Below are positions 57,013-60,472 of a DNA stretch of 60,472 nt, in pieces. The notes under the pieces are model-generated. The model made no database searches, was not told the origin of the DNA, and saw only the letters and a list, made by a program, of their open reading frames with translations. Position 1 is the first letter of the stretch. The number at the start of each line of letters is the position of its first letter. Both the position numbers and the translations under genes were made by a program. The DNA comes from Acidobacteriota bacterium (GTDB lineage Bacteria > Acidobacteriota > UBA4820 > DSQY01): the NCBI GenBank assembly GCA_021813555.1, contig JAKAKG010000222.1:1-60472 (forward strand). The letters run 5' to 3'.

Positions 57013-58161
57013 CTAGTCCCGCAGCAGCGACCTGGCGATGACCATGCGCTGGACTTCGCTCGTCCCTTCGTAGATGGTGGTAACTCGGACGTCCCTGTAG
57101 AAGCGCTCCACGGGGTATTCGCGGCTGTAGCCGTAGGCTCCATGGATCTGCACGGCCGTGTCGCACACGGCCTTGGCGCATTCGCTGGCGAAAAGCTTGG
57201 CCATGCTGGAGGCTTGGGACTGTCCCGGCCCTCCCCCGGCCGCTCGCAGGGAGGCGGCGCGATAGGTGAGGAGGCGGGCCGCTTCGATCTGGGTCGCGGC
57301 CTGGGAGATCATGAACTGGATGGCTTCATGATCAGCCAGAGGAACACCAAACGTGTGGCGCTCCCGAGAGTATTTCACCGCCTCCTCGAAGGCCCCTTGG
57401 GCGATGCCCAGGGCTTGGGCGGCGATGCCGATGCGTGAGACTTCCAGGGTGGCGAGGGCGATTTTCATGCCCATGCCTTCCTGCCCGAGAAGGTTCTCCG
57501 CGGGCACCCGGCAGTCTTCAAACACCAGGCCGGAGGTGATGGAGGCCCGCAGCCCCATCTTCTTCTCGTGGGGAAGGAAGTGGAACCCCGGGGTGTCGGA
57601 GGTCACGATGAAGGCCGAGATGCCCTTGGCTCCCGTGCCGGGGGCGGTGACGGCCATAACCACGAAGACCTTGCCCACGTGGGTGTTGGTGATCCAGGCC
57701 TTAGATCCGTTGAGCACGTAGGCGTCCCCGTCCCTGACGGCGCGGGTCTGCAAGGCGCCCGCGTCCGTGCCGGACCCCGGTTCCGTGAGGCAGAAGCCGC
57801 CGAGGTGCTCCCCCTTGGCGAGGTGTGGCAGGAACCTGCGTTTCTGCTCCTCGGTCCCGAAGCGGACGATGGGCTCCTGGCAGACGGAATTGGTGACGGA
57901 CACGGTGACCGCCGTGGAGGGGCAGACGCGCGCCAGTTCTTCGATGGCGATGGCGTAGGAGAGATCGTCCAGCCCCGAACCCCCGTACGCCTCGGGGGTC
58001 ACCATGCCCAGCAGGCCTAGTTCCGCGAGCCCGGGAAGGAGTTCCGCGATGAACTCCTCCTTCTCGTCCCGCCGTGCCACTCCCGGGCGGATCTTCTCCT
58101 CGGCAAAGTCCCGCACCATCTGGCGAACCATTATTTGATCATCGTTGAGTTCGAAATTCAT
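57013..58161 (-). CDS. Acyl-CoA dehydrogenase
   Basis: 'FCLTEPGSGTD', 'LNGSKAWITN', 'KMGLRAS', 'QIHGAYGY', 'IYEGTSEVQR'. Confidence 0.95.
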   Translation of the reverse strand: MNFELNDDQIMVRQMVRDFAEEKIRPGVARRDEKEEFIAELLPGLAELGLLGMVTPEAYGGSGLDDLSYAIAIEELARVCPSTAVTVSVTNSVCQEPIVRFGTEEQKRRFLPHLAKGEHLGGFCLTEPGSGTDAGALQTRAVRDGDAYVLNGSKAWITNTHVGKVFVVMAVTAPGTGAKGISAFIVTSDTPGFHFLPHEKKMGLRASITSGLVFEDCRVPAENLLGQEGMGMKIALATLEVSRIGIAAQALGIAQGAFEEAVKYSRERHTFGVPLADHEAIQFMISQAATQIEAARLLTYRAASLRAAGGGPGQSQASSMAKLFASECAKAVCDTAVQIHGAYGYSREYPVERFYRDVRVTTIYEGTSEVQRMVIARSLLRD

Positions 58162-58248
58162 GGGCCGTCAACCTCCCGGAAGGGCGATTATACAACGCGT
58201 CAGTGGAGTCCGTTCAGGTCCCCCTGCTCCCCGCTCCCCGCTACCACC

Positions 58249-58875
58249 TCAGAACCGCGGCTTCCTCTTTTCAAGGAAAGCGGCGACGCCCTCGGCGGGA
58301 TCGCCGGTCTCGAAGGCGAGGGCGAACGAGGCGCGCTCGAGGGCCTGGGCCGGCCCGACGGGCAGGCCCGCCTGGTGGTGGAGGAGGGGCCTGAGAAGTC
58401 CCAGGGCCTTTAGTGAGAGGCCGTCGAACCGGCTCCGGGCCGCGTCCAGAGCGGCATCGAATCCTTCGGGAACAACCTCGGCCCATCCCGCCCTCCTGGC
58501 CTCGTGGGCGGAGAGCCTCCCGCCGGCGAACCAGACGCGGGAGGCCCCTCCGTGGCCCAGGCGCAAGGCGAGGAGGACCGCTTCTCCTCTCCCCATGGGA
58601 TCGAAGCGAAGGGACGACCTCGGGGCCATCAGCAGGGCGTCGCAGGCGAGGAAGAGGGTGGGGGCGTCCCCTGTCACCGCTCCAGACAGGACCCCCGTGA
58701 CGGGCATGGGGTGGGCGAGCAGCTTCTTCAGATGGGCGGAGATGCCCGGAATGGGTGCCGAGCCGCCCCGGCTGGCGAGGACGATGGGCAACTCCTTTTC
58801 CAACGCCAGGCCGAGGGTTTCCCCGGCATCCGCGGTGCCGAGGCGGACCACCTCCGAGAGAAATCGCCCCTTCAC
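58249..58875 (-). CDS. Degenerate enoyl-CoA hydratase/isomerase-fold protein
   Basis: 'LACD', 'SAHEARRAGW..VV', C-terminal 'DPAEGVAAFLEKRKPRF'. GTGA overlap with the upstream gene; an alternative ATG is at 58887. Confidence 0.7.
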   Translation of the reverse strand: MKGRFLSEVVRLGTADAGETLGLALEKELPIVLASRGGSAPIPGISAHLKKLLAHPMPVTGVLSGAVTGDAPTLFLACDALLMAPRSSLRFDPMGRGEAVLLALRLGHGGASRVWFAGGRLSAHEARRAGWAEVVPEGFDAALDAARSRFDGLSLKALGLLRPLLHHQAGLPVGPAQALERASFALAFETGDPAEGVAAFLEKRKPRF

Positions 58876-59171
58876 CCTTCGCTCCATCCGACCAGGGCGC
58901 GTCGCACTTCGGGGCCGGCCTCGACGATCTCGTCGCCTTCCCTCACCGCCGTCTGGCAGGCGAGGGCTTCGAGCTGGACCCCGTCCCGCATGAGAGTGAG
59001 GGCGCAATGGTGGCAGTCTCCGTTCCAGCAGAAGTCCCCGTAGGGGATCTCCATGGGCTCCAGGAACTGGAAGCAGCGCAGGAGGAGGTTCTTCTGGGGG
59101 ACGCGGACCTCGCGGCCCAGGTACCGGACGGTGACGAGGCGCTCGTAGGGTTCGTATATGTCGTCGGTCAT
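58872..59171 (-). CDS. Small 2Fe-2S ferredoxin-like protein (NuoG/Fer2_4-type Cys spacing)
   Basis: FCWNGDCHHC...LACQT (Cx4Cx2Cx15C). Confidence 0.78.
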   Translation of the reverse strand: MTDDIYEPYERLVTVRYLGREVRVPQKNLLLRCFQFLEPMEIPYGDFCWNGDCHHCALTLMRDGVQLEALACQTAVREGDEIVEAGPEVRRALVGWSEG

Positions 59172-59175
59172 GGAC

Positions 59176-59263
59176 GCGGGAGCTGGGAGCAGGTAGCAGG
59201 AAGCAGGAAGAAATAGGGTGGCATGTTTCTCTCCGCTCCCCGCTCCCGGCTCCCCGCTTCCGC
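59176..59263. repeat. Bipartite GGGAGC/GCTCCC element
   Basis: gggagctgggagcaggtagcaggaagcaggaag ... ctccgctccccgctcccggctccccgcttcc. Confidence 0.82.
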
Positions 59264-59271
59264 CTTTCTCA

Positions 59272-60472
59272 TCAGAAAAACTTCGCCACGTCCATCACGA
59301 GGATGACGGCGAAGAGCAGGATCAGCAGGCCGAATCCCACCTGAAGGATCCGGTCCTTGACCCCCATGGGCATGTCGCGCCTCGCGGCGGCCTCCACCAG
59401 GAGGATGAGGATCTGGCCGCCATCGAGCCCGGGGATGGGGAGGATGTTGAAGAAACCGAGCTGGAGCGAAATGATGGCCATGAGCCAGAGGATGTTATAG
59501 ATCCCCGTCCGGGCCACCTTGCCGGTGATGTAGGCGATGCTCACGGGGCCCGAGAGGGAGCTGAGGGCCACCTTGCGCTCGATGAGGCGCTGGATGGTGC
59601 GCACCGCGAGGGTGGATTGGTCCAGCGTGATGCGCGCGGCTTTGCCGAGGCAGGCGGGGAAGGGGTAGCGCACCCACTGGCTTTCCTTGGGGGCGACGCC
59701 CACGAGGTACCGCTTGTCCTGCTCGTTCCACGCGGGCGTGATGGTGACATCAAAGGTCCGGCCGTCCCTCAGGATGGTGAACCGCTCGGGCTTGTTGCCC
59801 CCCTCCTTGACGGCCCGCTGGAACTGGTCCCAGTAGGCCATGGGAACGCCGTCCATGGCCACGATGCGGTCGTCGGGCCTGAGCCCCGCGGCCTGGGCCG
59901 GCGAGGGGTCGGCCACCCCGCCGATGATGGGCAGGAGGGCGGGGAAGACACCGATGTCCCCCACGGGCTGGCGCAGGATCGTGGCCGTGACGGGCGTCAC
60001 GGTGAAGGTCTCATCCTTGGTGCCCCGAAGGATCTGGATGGGGTAGGGTTTTTGGGAAAGGGAGAAAATCACCTCGCGGGCGCCCTCCCAGTCGGACACG
60101 CGGTTTCCGTCCAGGCTGAGGATGACGTCACCCTCCCGGAGACCGGCCTTGGCCGCCGGCGAATCCGGGGCCACCCAGCCGATGCGCGGCGGCTGGCCTC
60201 GGAGGAGGGATTCCTCCAGACCCACCATGACCAGCCCCGCAAAGAGTACATAGGCCAGGAGCACGTTGAAGACCACGCCCATGACCATGACGATGAGGCG
60301 CTGCCAGCGCGGCTTTTTGAAGAACAGTTCGCCCGGGCCCAAGGCCGTGTCCGACCCCTGCACCGAATCCAGTTCCGTCTCGCCGCGAAATTTCACGAAG
60401 CCGCCGAAGAGGAGCCACCGGATCTGCCAGAGGTTGTAGGCGCCTTTCTTCTCCCACGCCTTGGGTCCGAAC
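59272..60472 (-). CDS. rseP: RIP metalloprotease RseP (5'-truncated by the window edge)
   Basis: Frame open to the window end ('FGP...GGFVK'), 'GVVFN', two PDZ domains, 'SGPV.I', 'NILPIPGLDGG'. Confidence 0.93.
   Translation of the reverse strand, partial: FGPKAWEKKGAYNLWQIRWLLFGGFVKFRGETELDSVQGSDTALGPGELFFKKPRWQRLIVMVMGVVFNVLLAYVLFAGLVMVGLEESLLRGQPPRIGWVAPDSPAAKAGLREGDVILSLDGNRVSDWEGAREVIFSLSQKPYPIQILRGTKDETFTVTPVTATILRQPVGDIGVFPALLPIIGGVADPSPAQAAGLRPDDRIVAMDGVPMAYWDQFQRAVKEGGNKPERFTILRDGRTFDVTITPAWNEQDKRYLVGVAPKESQWVRYPFPACLGKAARITLDQSTLAVRTIQRLIERKVALSSLSGPVSIAYITGKVARTGIYNILWLMAIISLQLGFFNILPIPGLDGGQILILLVEAAARRDMPMGVKDRILQVGFGLLILLFAVILVMDVAKFF

Overview
High-GC bacterial chromosomal window from a diderm organism; the taxon cannot be determined from sequence alone. 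Contents in order: (i) housekeeping and transport genes (MFS transporter, rubrerythrin-like protein, SDR, FadL-like porin plus GDSL hydrolase); (ii) a ~20 kb sigma54-controlled anaerobic respiration region with a monohaem cytochrome c ending in Cys-Gly-Gly, a DUF3373-like beta-barrel, psrABC-like molybdoenzyme genes with a TorD chaperone, a convergent operon (NifX-like protein, Cys-substituted ZnuA-like binding protein, Otr-like octahaem cytochrome, cytochrome b, TrmO-like protein), two PAS-bEBP activators and a Moco biosynthesis cluster; (iii) a tandemly duplicated MacAB-type ABC cassette; (iv) a nitrilase-family gene, a 5'-nucleotidase and ispH; (v) a five-gene operon in which a PqqD/RRE radical SAM-SPASM enzyme and a methyltransferase follow a membrane protein ending in GCACACACAGCACACAGGGR, the best candidate for an undescribed protein-modification system; (vi) a TetR-ybhGFSR-TolC-like efflux operon; (vii) tyrA preceded by a textbook-architecture Tyr4 leader-peptide attenuator that is absent from the ORF track; (viii) trxB, an SDR, tRNA-Sec with a 69-bp 3'-end duplication enclosing a small structured insert, an acyl-CoA dehydrogenase, a degenerate crotonase, a 2Fe-2S protein and partial rseP. 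Many intergenic gaps carry polar 7-9-mer tandem repeats (purine arm then pyrimidine arm), and a CTAG-flanked MITE sits at the torD stop codon. All family calls come from motif recognition by eye; no database searches were run.
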